Part shown: one piece after another, positions 22,346 through 33,139 of the stretch
How the letters are laid out: each line of letters opens with the position of its first letter
How positions within the stretch are numbered: the first letter of the stretch is position 1
From: Dimorphilus gyrociliatus
Taxonomy: Eukaryota; Animalia; Annelida
Reading direction: 5' to 3'
Assembly (NCBI GenBank): GCA_904063045.1
Contig: CAJFCJ010000078.1
Span: forward strand, 1 to 53,167
Length of the DNA: 53,167 bases
The notes under the pieces: model-generated
Told to the model about the DNA's origin: nothing
What the model saw: the letters and a program-made list of their open reading frames with translations, nothing else
Databases searched by the model: none
Program-made: the position numbers and the translations under genes

Positions 22346-22752
22346 TATTGATTTGTCAACAACAAAAGTACATTTTAAAATCTGAGTTATTGAGACCATC
22401 ATTTAGTATCTCAGATTATTAACAATAAATATGTGAAATGATAGGCCTAATCTGTTTAAATGTAATCGTTTTTGTTATTTATATAATTTACTTAATAAAA
22501 ATGTCAAAAAATAGAAATCACTGTATTACAAAAAAACTTGAAAAAATTTTTTACCTTTGAAAATTTTACAATAGCAGGAAAGTTATTTCATTGGAAAGAT
22601 ACTTTTTTTTTATTTACCACTTGCTCCAGATAAAAGCATTGTGCACACTTGACATACAATATTAATTTGGGAACAATGGGATATTATGTATATATTATTA
22701 ATCAGTTTTAATATATGAGTTCTCTCATTGCAGATGTTACCCCTCTCCCATA

Positions 22753-24259
22753 CTACAAGAAGGACTTTAGCGTACGATATTGATACTTTCTGAAATAATA
22801 AGATTCTTTTGATAGAATAGGCCTTTGTTTGTACTTCGGGACAAAACAATTCTTTTCAGCTGACAACTTCAGAAGAACATTGTCATGACAACCTCCCAAA
22901 AAAACATTCTTCAAAGTATTGGATGACTTGAAGTTCATTACAAATATTCGCTATTTTATCGCCCATCCTTTCATTGCCAGACAGATTTATTGTTTCAATT
23001 CTGGAGTAATGCCTTAGAAAATTTCCAATCTTTAAACTTTGTTTTTCTTTTAAATTTGTTAAATTTAAATCAACAATCTTTAAAGTATTTGATGACGTTT
23101 TCAATCCTTCAATAATCTTCAGTATTCCATTTCCCATGTTTATATTCCAAGATAAATTTATTTTTTCCAATCTGGAACAATATTTTAGTAAATTTCCAAT
23201 CTTTCTACTTTGTTTTTCATTTAAATTACAATCCTCCAAAATAAGAATCTTCAAAGTGGATGATGACCGTTTAAGCCCTTTACAGATCTTTGATATTCCA
23301 TTTCCCATACCAATATTCTGAGATAGATTAACTGTCTCAATTTTAGAACATTGTTTAAGGGCATTTCCAATCATTTTACTTTGTTGTTTATTTAAATTCA
23401 TAGAATTTAAATTAATATTTTTCAAAGTATTTGATGACATTTTAAATCCTTCGAAAAGATTGAATATTCCATTGCCTATCCCTGTATTCTCAGATAGATT
23501 AATTGTTTCTATTGTGGAACAACCTTTCAATACATTTCCAATGTTTTTGTATAGTATTCAAATTACAAGCTTTAAAAGTTATATCTATTACATGTTGTTT
23601 TGATTTTGTTAGATTTATCAAACCTTCAACTTCCTTATAAGTAATATGTTTTCCAGACATATCAATAATTTTTTTTCTCTCATCTTCCAGTTGTTTTTCA
23701 AGCTTTGAAAATAATTCCATTTGATTATTATCAAGGTTTTTCACTTTAAATTTGTCAATAATATCAGTATTGTTGTTAAGTTCTTTCTTTCACATCTATC
23801 AATTTTGTTTAGGGTTTCAGTTTGTCTTTTGTCTTCTTCATCCAAAATTCCATTCAATTTCTTATTCATTTGCTCAAACTTTGTCATTGAGAAAGTTTTA
23901 CAAGTCTCATGTTTGTCATCCAAACATGAAACGCATAATCTTTGAATACCATGTGTTTGGTAATACATATCTGACTGTTTTTCATGATATTTGCATAAAT
24001 TTTTCCTGCTTTTTAGATCTTGTAAACGACTAATAAATCGATGTTTTGGGAGTTGTGCAATATCTCCATTTTTTATTTCAATATTTTGTCTACATTCTGG
24101 ACAGCAGATTTCACAATTTTTTACTTGAAATTTTTGAATACATTCAAAACAGTATGTATGTTGGCAAGGCAGTATTCTTGGATCATTGCCTATCAAACTT
24201 CTATAGCAAATAGAACATTCAATTTCATCTTCATAAATGATGATTTGCTTGGATAACAT
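22753..24259 (-). pseudogene. RING/B-box/coiled-coil/LRR (TRIM-LRR) paralog broken by three frameshifts
   Basis: RING (CSIC...PCQHTYCFEC...CPEC) and B-box-like (CKYH...CVSC...H..C) in 23741-24259. Frame changes near 23780 (with about 50 codons deleted relative to the 29941-31323 paralog), near 23548 and near 22930. LRRs in 22883-23530. Confidence 0.85.
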
Positions 24260-25123
24260 TCCAAATTTCTGGTTGATATTTCACTTTCCCATCCAATATT
24301 ATTAAACTATGAAGTTCTTAATGATAAAATAATATATGTAAGCAATCTTCTCTTAATATTGAAAATTGCTGTGTGCTATCAAGAAATATTTATATCCACT
24401 TTTTTTTGTTTTACAGCCAAAGATATAATATTTTATAGTAGTTGAGTGTTCTGTAGTTATAAAACTATATAAGGATAAATATTTATTATATCGTAAATAG
24501 TGTACTTGTCTTGTTTGATCAATTTATGAGTTTGCATGTCCAAAACATATGAACTATATGATTAAGCACTACAATTGAAGATTATAAAACAGTAATGTAA
24601 ACAACTTTGTGCTTTTAGATCTTGTTTATGGTATCACCTATAATTTGTGTATTGCGCTATTGTAACCACCGAAATTTCTTGCTCATTCCAATCCTTATCT
24701 TAAGGATTATAAGATGTAATGAAAAATATTCGTATATCTATGATTTTATCTTAAACTAGCCCTCAGTTTTCATTAACCATTTTCCATAACCTTAACAATC
24801 AGATTAATCATAACCATCCAGAGTTATACTATTAAACACTGTAATAACCATTTATTGAAAAGGATTTTTGTAGCTATAACTATCTTATAATCATAAAACT
24901 TCTGACAACTCTAATAATTACTTATCAATATATCAACCATGAAAGCATTAATCATAAAATTATCAGGCAATTGTCCACAACTATATATTGTTCTAAATGT
25001 ACAATTGGTTTATACCTTACCCATCACAAGAATTGACAACTTCAAAATTTTATGAAGTTAAGAGTGAAGTGCTAGAGAAAAATGTTTTCATTAATCTTTT
25101 ATAATACCGTATATTGAAAAAAC

Positions 25124-25921
25124 GGTGCAGTGACATTTCGGCCCATTTTAGGACATTTCTTGTTGTAAGAAATGAAAATCATCTTCATAATTTGCATAAA
25201 AATCTGGAAAATGTTCTTCAATCAAGAATGGACTTGAAAGAAATTCTTCATATAAAGAGAGTAAAAGACCAAAGCATCCTAGAGATTTTGATTTTGAAAT
25301 CAATCTGAATGAAAATCCAATGGATTTCTTATTAAGAGATATAAAAGAAAAGAAAAATTGTTGTATTATATTTGGCACAAATCATCAAATAAAATTACTG
25401 GAATGTTGTAAAATTTGGTTTATTGATGAAATATTTAAAGTTGTTAGAGATCCATTTTATTAACTCTTTTCAATTCATGGATTCTTGAAAAAATATGATT
25501 AATATCAACAAGTTTCATTGATCTATGTTCTGATGAGTAGCAAGAAGAAAAACTTTTATATTGCTGTTGTGGAGTAAATTTGAAGAAAGAGAATTGAGTT
25601 TGGATGAATTATTGTATAGACTTGTTGATTTAAATATTTGTTAAAAGTTGATATTTCTTTCTCTGCACTTCAGTTATTAAAAAGTATGTACAATTACATT
25701 TTTTTTATATTAAAGAAATAAACATAATTGTTCACAAAACTAAAAATTATAATTGTCATGTTTATCAATTAAAGTACACTAAACCTATCTTCAAGTGAGA
25801 CACAATGCCTTTGGTATGATTACCTTAGAATGGGCCGAAATGTTCTGGGCCGAAATGTCCAAAATGGGCCGAAATGTCCAAAAGTGGGCCGAACTGTCCT
25901 GGGCCGAAATGTCCTGACCCC
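25124..25921 (+). mobile_element. MULE deletion derivative with subterminal GACATTTCGGCCC repeats
   Basis: 9-bp TSD TGAAAAAAC at 25115-25123 and 25922-25930. Left GACATTTCGGCCC; right GGGCCGAAATGTCC about five times (25831-25914). Internal frame PRDFDFEIN...KIWFIDEIFKVVRDPFY*LFSIHGFLKK is homologous to the 33.7-34.7 kb transposase. Confidence 0.88.
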
Positions 25922-25947
25922 TGAAAAAACACATCAATAGCAGAATA

Positions 25948-26007
25948 GAGAAGCCAAGGTATTGATCTGTCTATCAATGAGTACACAGACCAATACCTTG
26001 GCTTCTC
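25948..26007 (-). ncRNA. 60-nt hairpin with pre-miRNA-like geometry (candidate)
   Basis: 23-bp arms at 25948-25970 and 25985-26007 with a 14-nt loop. The single mismatch becomes a G.U pair on the minus strand, and the basal stem extends about 5 bp further. Not a miRNA family I recognise. Confidence 0.4.
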
Positions 26008-26269
26008 CTCTGTGTGACAAAAAAAGGACAACGAAATGCTATAACATTGGCCAAACACAGGTCTTCATTAGTCAGTTTGAAGGTTCATCTTTAATTACCT
26101 GTTAAGTGATGATTGGATATCAGAGGCAAACCTTAAAGTATATAAATCCTCACTATTTTCATTCTATTCATTTGTATCATTTGTTTAAAGGTTCGAGTAA
26201 AACCAGTACTGTTGTAAGTGGCAATCACATAAATTAGCCAAGCAAGAGCAGCACAATATGAAATGCCGT

Positions 26270-26420
26270 TTTCTCTCATCTTGCTCATTTAATTTGCATG
26301 GTCTGCCACATTTAGACAAATTCTCAATTATATTGTGTAAGTTGAACTTTTTCCAGATTCTTTGAGCACTGCATCTGGAAATTTCAAGTATTTCCACAAT
26401 TTGTTTTTTAACAATCAAAT
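26270..26420 (-). mobile_element. Tc1 transposase N-terminal fragment
   Basis: EILEISRCSAQRIWKKFNLHNIIENLSKCGRPCKLNEQDER closely resembles the 12231-12500 ORF. Confidence 0.8.
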
Positions 26421-26535
26421 AAAAAAACAAGAAAGTTTTTCTGCAATTTGAAAAGATATAGAGAGCACTATTGATTCAGTTGCAAAAGAAAATAGTCATT
26501 TATTTAGACAATAAAGATCTATTTACATTTCTCAT

Positions 26536-27692
26536 TTACATTATTGTTTCTATTTCACAGACTTTCATTAATTCTCTTTTATCATTTATATTACTGTAGA
26601 ATGCTTGACAAAAGTCATCACCACAATTACAATTATACTGGCATTCAACTGGAGAGGCAAGAATCAGATTACATGCAATAAAATTTCCATTGAATGAAGA
26701 ATTTATTTGATGATCTAAAGGTAGATAAACAATTATTCCATTCATTTCTTTCCCTTGAAACCCAGAATAACAAATTAAATTTTCTCCTTTAATACCAACT
26801 TTAAATTGACTTAAACTATTGTCCACTGATGGCCATGGAAATCTAACTGTTATTGGCATTTTTCCAATTGTTTCACATGTCATTTCGTCATTATCAAAAA
26901 ATTTATGTTCTTTAGAGACTGTTTTTGTTCCAAGTTTTTCATCGAAAATAAAATTCCCATAAAAGCAAATATTTTTATCATAATCTTTGGTAATTTCATT
27001 CAAATTCATTTTCTAGAAAGGGATAATCCTTAAAATTGGCTTTTACTTAAATGAGAAAGCTAACCTTCAAGTATAGGCCTGTTGGAGTGAAAGCAATCGC
27101 TTTATTTTGATTTTTAGCATCAGAAATTACAGTCTCTTTCTGAAAGTAGCCGAATGCTGTGCCAGCTGATCCTTCATATCCACCAATAAAGCATGTTAAT
27201 CTTTTATCAGCAATACGGTGATACGATGTTAAGGAAGTATAGTAACTTTTACAATCTGTTTTCAAATAGCAACTACGTGGCATTCCCATAACATATGCAG
27301 CACACTGACTCTCTTCTAGACAAATCCTGGAACATTCCTTCACTGTAGAGACAACATAGAGTCCAATATCTGAACCAGCACAATCTTGTCCATCTATATA
27401 TTTTTTAAAACCAATCACTTCACTGGTTCTAAAGTAGCAGCCATAGCCCACCTCGTGACATAGTTGTCCAACATCACATGTAGTCTTTCCATTGTCGGTA
27501 TCTTGAAGAAAAAAGTGATTAAAACAAAGGTTATTAATTTCAAACAATTGTGTAGTTTATTGGTTGTTTACCTCCTACTTTTACACGGGAATCAACTGGA
27601 ATATCGCAAGAACCTATGGCAAAGCTACATTTGAAAAAATAGTTTAGTCCACCAAAAAGAAGGGCACAAACTCGTAATGTTGACCATTCCAT
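26536..27692 (-). CDS. Three-exon secreted PAN/apple-domain protein (about 344 aa)
   Basis: Exons 27692-27572 (MEWSTLRVCALLFGGLNYFFKCSFA, signal-like), 27501-27065 and 27012-26536 join through phase-consistent GT-AG introns. PAN motif DCAGSDI...TVKECSRICLEESQCAAYV...CYLK. Confidence 0.85.
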
Positions 27693-28658
27693 TGTAATTT
27701 TTTTTCAATTGATTTTGTGTCCCCAATGAAAATTTTAATCACACTGAAAATTCATACTTGCATTTAATTATTGCATATTATTAACATTTATATATGAAAT
27801 GTAGCCAATGACTACTGATTAAATAGAAAATAACTGTTACAATGATCAATTACTTCACTTGCAGATTAAATTCGCATATAGACACTAATTCTTAAAATTT
27901 TTAATCAGAAACGATTTTGTGGTCCTACCTTAACGCCAATCCAGCCCTGGACCATATTTTAAGCACTTCCTGGTACCAAACCCTTAATTTGGACTCAGCT
28001 AATTTACAAATTAATAAATTGCAAATACATTATTAATGAAATAAATGTTAACTTTAACATTTTGCTCAGAGTAAAATGACATCCATGACCTTTAAACATT
28101 TTACATTTTATGTTGCTTTTCAAAATATCAATGATATTTTCTATGTTAAATTTACTAGTTTGTAAAATATTGAATAATATTTCATTCATTTTAGAAATTT
28201 TTATTCAAGGAATTTTAAATGTTAAAATTTGAATTTATCATACTCTTTTTTTTTAATATATGCATTGGCCTTTTTTCTGATTTAAGTTTCTCTACAGCTG
28301 AAATAAGACTTGATTTCTGTTTTAAAATGTCTATAAGAATTTAAGAATTTATCCATCATCCCCATAGCAAGCTTTCCAGACTTTCTTTGGTTTGTAAGCT
28401 GTCTATGATAAGAACTACATTCCTTTTGTTGAATGCATTTGTTAACAGCTTCCCATTCCTGATTGGTCTATTATAATTTCTCATTCTGAATTGAAAATCA
28501 TCTATGATTTTAATCTTAGACATACACTCGAAGTGTGTAACTTCTTGTTCCTGTATATCGAAAATAGCCATTTGTCTTTGTTTAGCTTCCTTCACTGTCG
28601 GTTCTTCACTCAGAAAAGAAGAAAAGAAGCAGTGGAGCATTACCTACCAGAGGATCAA

Positions 28659-28867
28659 GGGGTCGACAGAAAACGTCCACAAATGAGAAATTTCAAGACA
28701 AAAATTTGGATTGAGAAATGGTTAGGCAAAAGAAAACAGCAACTGATTTGTAGTTAGGAGGGTCTCCTCTGAGGGTTAGGGGTAAAGGAAAAAGGGTTAG
28801 GTACAGCTAAGGGCTGGGTTAGGGTTAGGGTAAAAGCACTGATTTGTGGACGTTTTCTGTCGTATCC
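28659..28867 (+). mobile_element. Mutator-like TTAGGG MITE, copy 2
   Basis: TIRs GACAGAAAACGTCCACAAAT / ATTTGTGGACGTTTTCTGTC. Perfect 9-bp TSD GAGGATCAA at 28650-28658 and 28868-28876. GGGCTGGGTTAGGGTTAGGG at 28811-28830. Confidence 0.92.
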
Positions 28868-29940
28868 GAGGATCAATGGTCTGCACTTTATTAACATTAG
28901 ACTGCTTAAGTTTGGTAGTGACACATCATTAACTAAAGCAAACAATACTGTAAGAATGCTGCCACCAAAACAATTTTGTCAAGGACAATCTTATGATTTT
29001 TCTGATGAACCAGTATGTACCTTTGAAACTCAACAAATGTCCAAAATAATGACAAATATTTATGAAATAAAAGCTGAAAAACTGGCATTTCAAGCACTTA
29101 AGTGTATGGTAAACGCAGAGTCAACTTTCAAACTTATTACTTCTTTGGAGCAAAAAAGCACAGAATTGAAAAACAATTACCTTGACCAAAAAGCAATGTA
29201 GAACAATGCTTAATTCTAAGAAAACTCTAGATGGACAAAAACTTATTCAGAAAGGAAAACTTCGTGAATTTGGTGAAAACAAATTATGATTATTATTATT
29301 TGATTTTATTAACTAAATACAATGTTTTAAAGTATAATTGTTGAGCTAGTAGAAGAGTAGAATGCTTGTTTCGGTGGAGGTCATTTCAAGATCATCTTCT
29401 CAGATGCTTGGATTGAGTTATGATGATTGGAATGAAAATAGTGAGGATTTATATACTTTGAGGTTTGCTTCTGATATCCAATAATCACTCTACAGTTGCC
29501 AAAACTGTCTAATTTATATTTATCACTTGCAACAGGATGTTAAAAGGTTCAACATTTATGCAGGCTAATTGAATTATAATTTGGCAACGCCTTAGGCAAA
29601 CTAGATATATCGACAATATTTCCAAAGCTGAAACTTTCCGCTGCGAAATTAAAAGTCTTGTTTTTTGAAGATTGCCACTTGGACAAGTAACAATTGACCC
29701 ACAAGATTTAGTCCTAACTTGTAACCAGTTTGAAAAAGTCAGAAACAGGTTTGATGAAATGCATTTCATTAGCAATATATCTTATAGTTCAATATATGAG
29801 TGTGTGTGATTTGTAATAATGTTGTGAACTTGTGTAGACTGGTGTGTTGACTTTGCTAAAATATTTTCCTCTAATTTGTTTAACATTTATAGCTTTTCAA
29901 ATTTTTAATACACTTGTAAAAGATTATCAAAGTATTCACT

Positions 29941-31323
29941 TTATTCCTCATTTAAATCAAAAATGTCTAACTGAAGATTCTTCAAAGTATTTGATGACGC
30001 TTGAAATCCTTCCAATATATTCAATGATCCATTTTTAGTAGTTTCATTGTTTGTTTCAATTGTTGAACAATGTTTTAGCAAACTTCTAATCCATATACTT
30101 TGTTCCTCATTAAGATCACAATAATCCAAATAAAGATTTTTCAAGGTTTTGGATGACATTTGAAGTCCGTCACAAATATTGAACAATCCATTTCCCATAT
30201 TCTTATTCCCAGATAGATTTATTGTTTCTATTGATGAACAATTTTTTAGCATATTTCCAATCAGTCTACTTTGTTCCTCTTTTAAATCACACCAACTTAA
30301 ATTAAAATTCCTCAAAGTTTTTGATGACATTTGAAGTCCTTCACAAAAATTCATAATTCCATTGCCCATATTTTTATTTCCTGTAAGATTTATTGTTTCT
30401 ATTGATGAACAATGTCTTAGTAAATTGCCAATATTTTCAGTTTGTGCTCTGTTTAAATTATAAGCTTCAAAATTAATATTTATTCCTATATTCCTTGATT
30501 TTATTACATTTGCCAAATCTTCAACATCATTACATGTTATACCTTTTTCATACATTTTCATTTTCTCATATTCTAATTGGTTTTTTAACTTTAAAAATGT
30601 TTTTAATTGTCTTTTGTCAAAGTTTTCTATTTCAATATTATCAATAAAATCAAAATTATTTAAAAATTCATAATGAACTGCAAAGTTTGTATTAATTTCT
30701 ATTTTTTCTTTCTTTGATCTTTTTAAAATAACTTCAAGTTTTTCAGATTCACAAATGAATGTTTCAAAAAATTCAACCATTAGTTCATTTAGTGAAATAA
30801 ACTTTTGTCTCATAATATCATAATCTTTCTGAATTTTTTTTATTGCTTTTCTTTCATATTCATTTATTTTGTCCAAGATTTCTGTTGTACTTTTTTCATT
30901 TTTATTCAAAATTCTATTAAATGTTTCCTTCATTTGTTCAAATTTTTCCATTGAGAAAATTGTACAAGTCTCATGATTGCCATCTAAACATGAAGTACAT
31001 AATCCTTGGATACTATGTGTTTGGCAATAGATATCTGACTCCTTTCCATGATATTTGCATAGATTTTTCCTATTCAGTAGATCTTGAACAGAATTTACAA
31101 TTCGATTTTGTTGAAGTAGATTGATATTTCCAAATCTTATTTTGACAATTTGTCGGCATTTAGGACAAACAATTTTAAAATTTTTCAGTTTCAATTGTTT
31201 AATACATCCAAAACAGAATGTATGTTGACAAGGTAACATTCTTTGATCCTTTCCCACCATGGATTCTAAACAAATTGCACATTCAAGTTCATTTTCACTA
31301 ATGATATATTGTTTGGCTGCCAT
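29941..31323 (-). CDS. Intronless RING/B-box/coiled-coil/LRR protein (TRIM-like E3 ligase with LRR C-terminus), 460 aa
   Basis: ATG at 31323. RING CAIC...PCQHTFCFGC...CPKC; B-box-like CKYH..DIYCQTH...CTSC...H..C; charged heptad region; LRRs with a 57-aa period (SSIETINLTGNKNMGNG...LSWCDLKEEQS). Confidence 0.88.
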   Translation of the reverse strand: MAAKQYIISENELECAICLESMVGKDQRMLPCQHTFCFGCIKQLKLKNFKIVCPKCRQIVKIRFGNINLLQQNRIVNSVQDLLNRKNLCKYHGKESDIYCQTHSIQGLCTSCLDGNHETCTIFSMEKFEQMKETFNRILNKNEKSTTEILDKINEYERKAIKKIQKDYDIMRQKFISLNELMVEFFETFICESEKLEVILKRSKKEKIEINTNFAVHYEFLNNFDFIDNIEIENFDKRQLKTFLKLKNQLEYEKMKMYEKGITCNDVEDLANVIKSRNIGININFEAYNLNRAQTENIGNLLRHCSSIETINLTGNKNMGNGIMNFCEGLQMSSKTLRNFNLSWCDLKEEQSRLIGNMLKNCSSIETINLSGNKNMGNGLFNICDGLQMSSKTLKNLYLDYCDLNEEQSIWIRSLLKHCSTIETNNETTKNGSLNILEGFQASSNTLKNLQLDIFDLNEE

Positions 31324-31870
31324 TTTGAATCAATGACTAGTATTGTTGTTTTACTTTCGTTTTCTATATTTGCAGCTATTAAATCAACAATGGAAAAATT
31401 TAGACACATTTTGATAGGTCAACTTATAATTGACATTAAAAACTGTTTGTTCGCTCTAAAGCATATTTTTCGTCTAAATTTTTATGGGAAAAGAGTGATA
31501 TTAGTGTAATTATTTCTTGTTTTGACTTTGTCTCATCATTACTGCAACATTCAGTTCACATCTGGTTTGGCATTCAAGTAGATGGATTCACCATATTTGT
31601 TTATGTCTGTTTGAGTCTCTCAATCTCAATTTGTGCAATTTGAACATATCCCATCATAAGAAAAATTTTCTTTATGAATAATAACTTAACCTTAAACTCT
31701 ATCTTCAAAAATATTTTCTATTAGAATATAATATACTGTATACACAAATAAAGAATAATGTTGTTGAAATAAGTGATAACTCTACAGTTTCACATGGAAA
31801 ATGATAATCCAAATGTGCAGTGTGCACTTAGAAACATCAACATAATAATATTTAGACTTAGATATTATAG

Positions 31871-32021
31871 AACTTTAGAAAGGCTTTTATTTCGTAGCAA
31901 TTATAATGGTGGAAGTTTAGAAAAAGTGTTATTTCATAGAAATTATAATGGTGGAAGTTTAGAAAGACATTTATTTAGTAGAAATAGAGTCTAGAACTTT
32001 AAAAAGGCTTTTATTTCGTAG
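31871..32021 (+). repeat. ~42-bp minisatellite, about 3.6 units
   Basis: Units AA(C/G)TTTAGAAA..(C/G)..TTATTT..TAG.AA... start at 31871, 31913, 31955 and 31995. Confidence 0.8.
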
Positions 32022-32445
32022 TAAACATATTCTTTGACCAAAACAGATGTTGGATTATAGAATTAACAATGGAACAAACAATATAGAAAACTTGCATGTC
32101 AAACTTGTTACATCTTATTCAAAAACAGAGGCGGGAGAGGCAGGCTTGTTTTTGCAGTGCCACATGTTAGCCAGAAGTGATGCAATAGTTTTTCATGTCT
32201 TTGTTATATGTGCATTGTGAGACTGTTACATTTCAACTTCATAATCTTTTGACCAAGTGAACCCAAACTTTGGTAAATGTATAAAAGAAAATACATTTCC
32301 CCAGTTTGGCAGTTCAGTTCTTAAAGGTTAACTGGTTGTTTAAACTTGCTAATTTAGAACTAGAAACTCATTTACTATATACATATTCTTTAAATGAAAT
32401 ACTGCCATTTTGTTGAGTAATTTCTACCGAAATTACATTTGTTAA
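31987..32445 (+). repeat. Dispersed ~460-bp repeat, copy 2; decayed transposase-like relic
   Basis: Matches 5078-5540. One frame reads RINNGTNNIENLHVKLVTSYSKTEAGEAGLFLQCHML. Confidence 0.8.
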
Positions 32446-33139
32446 AACTACTTGTGGACGAATTTGGAAGGTTCTATTTGGAGCAGTACTTTGGCAGATT
32501 GGTAAATGATTGGAAAGGACGAATACTGTTCAGAAGAAGCAGAAATTCCTACAATTACAATACAACAAAGTATATGCAGTTCAGTTCTTTATAAGCATTT
32601 TTTCAAAAACCATATACTTTAAAAACATAGTCAAAGTTCAATGGTTAAGTTGAATGTTATCCAAAATTATTACATATTACAAAATGTGCTGATCACCTAT
32701 AAATGTATCTGACCTAATTACTTAGGTTGAATGTAACCAATACTTTGGTGTTACTATTAAATGATCAATATGAATGATTTTGGCCGGGATGAGAATGAAA
32801 CTCCTATAATCCTATGAAGCTAATTGCTCAATTCCTGGAGGATGGTTAGAATGGCCAGCATAGAGCAGTTTAGATGTTCCTTATGGTGAAGAAGGAAGTT
32901 AAACTAGAACAAGAGAATACAATAATCTTCATCCAGTAATTAGTCGATTAGAGCAACCAGATAACTTAAAATAACTAGATCAATGCAAAAAATATTGCAT
33001 TAATGTAAAACTTTAATTAGTTCTTCTAAATACATTTAACAATTAGGGGGAAATGGGTCTGACAATAGCCAGCTTTGTACAGTGGTGAAAGAAATTTTTC
33101 AATCGATGGAATATTTTTTTGTAAGGGCTATTTTGAGAG

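Noticed and set aside
25828-25917. GGGCCGAAATGTCC tandem repeats as a CRISPR array, or ORF 25825-26058 (GHFGP repeats) as a protein
   Set aside because: There are no unique spacers and the context is eukaryotic. The repeats are the subterminal motifs of a MULE bounded by a 9-bp TSD.
28004-28640. ORFs 28356-28640 and 28004-28189 as a NACHT relic (VVLIIDSL resembles Walker B)
   Set aside because: No Walker A or other NACHT motif nearby; a single hydrophobic-Asp match is too weak.
28956-29775. ORFs 28956-29201 (+) and 29509-29775 (-) as genes
   Set aside because: No recognisable domain or consistent splice model; possibly decayed coding sequence.
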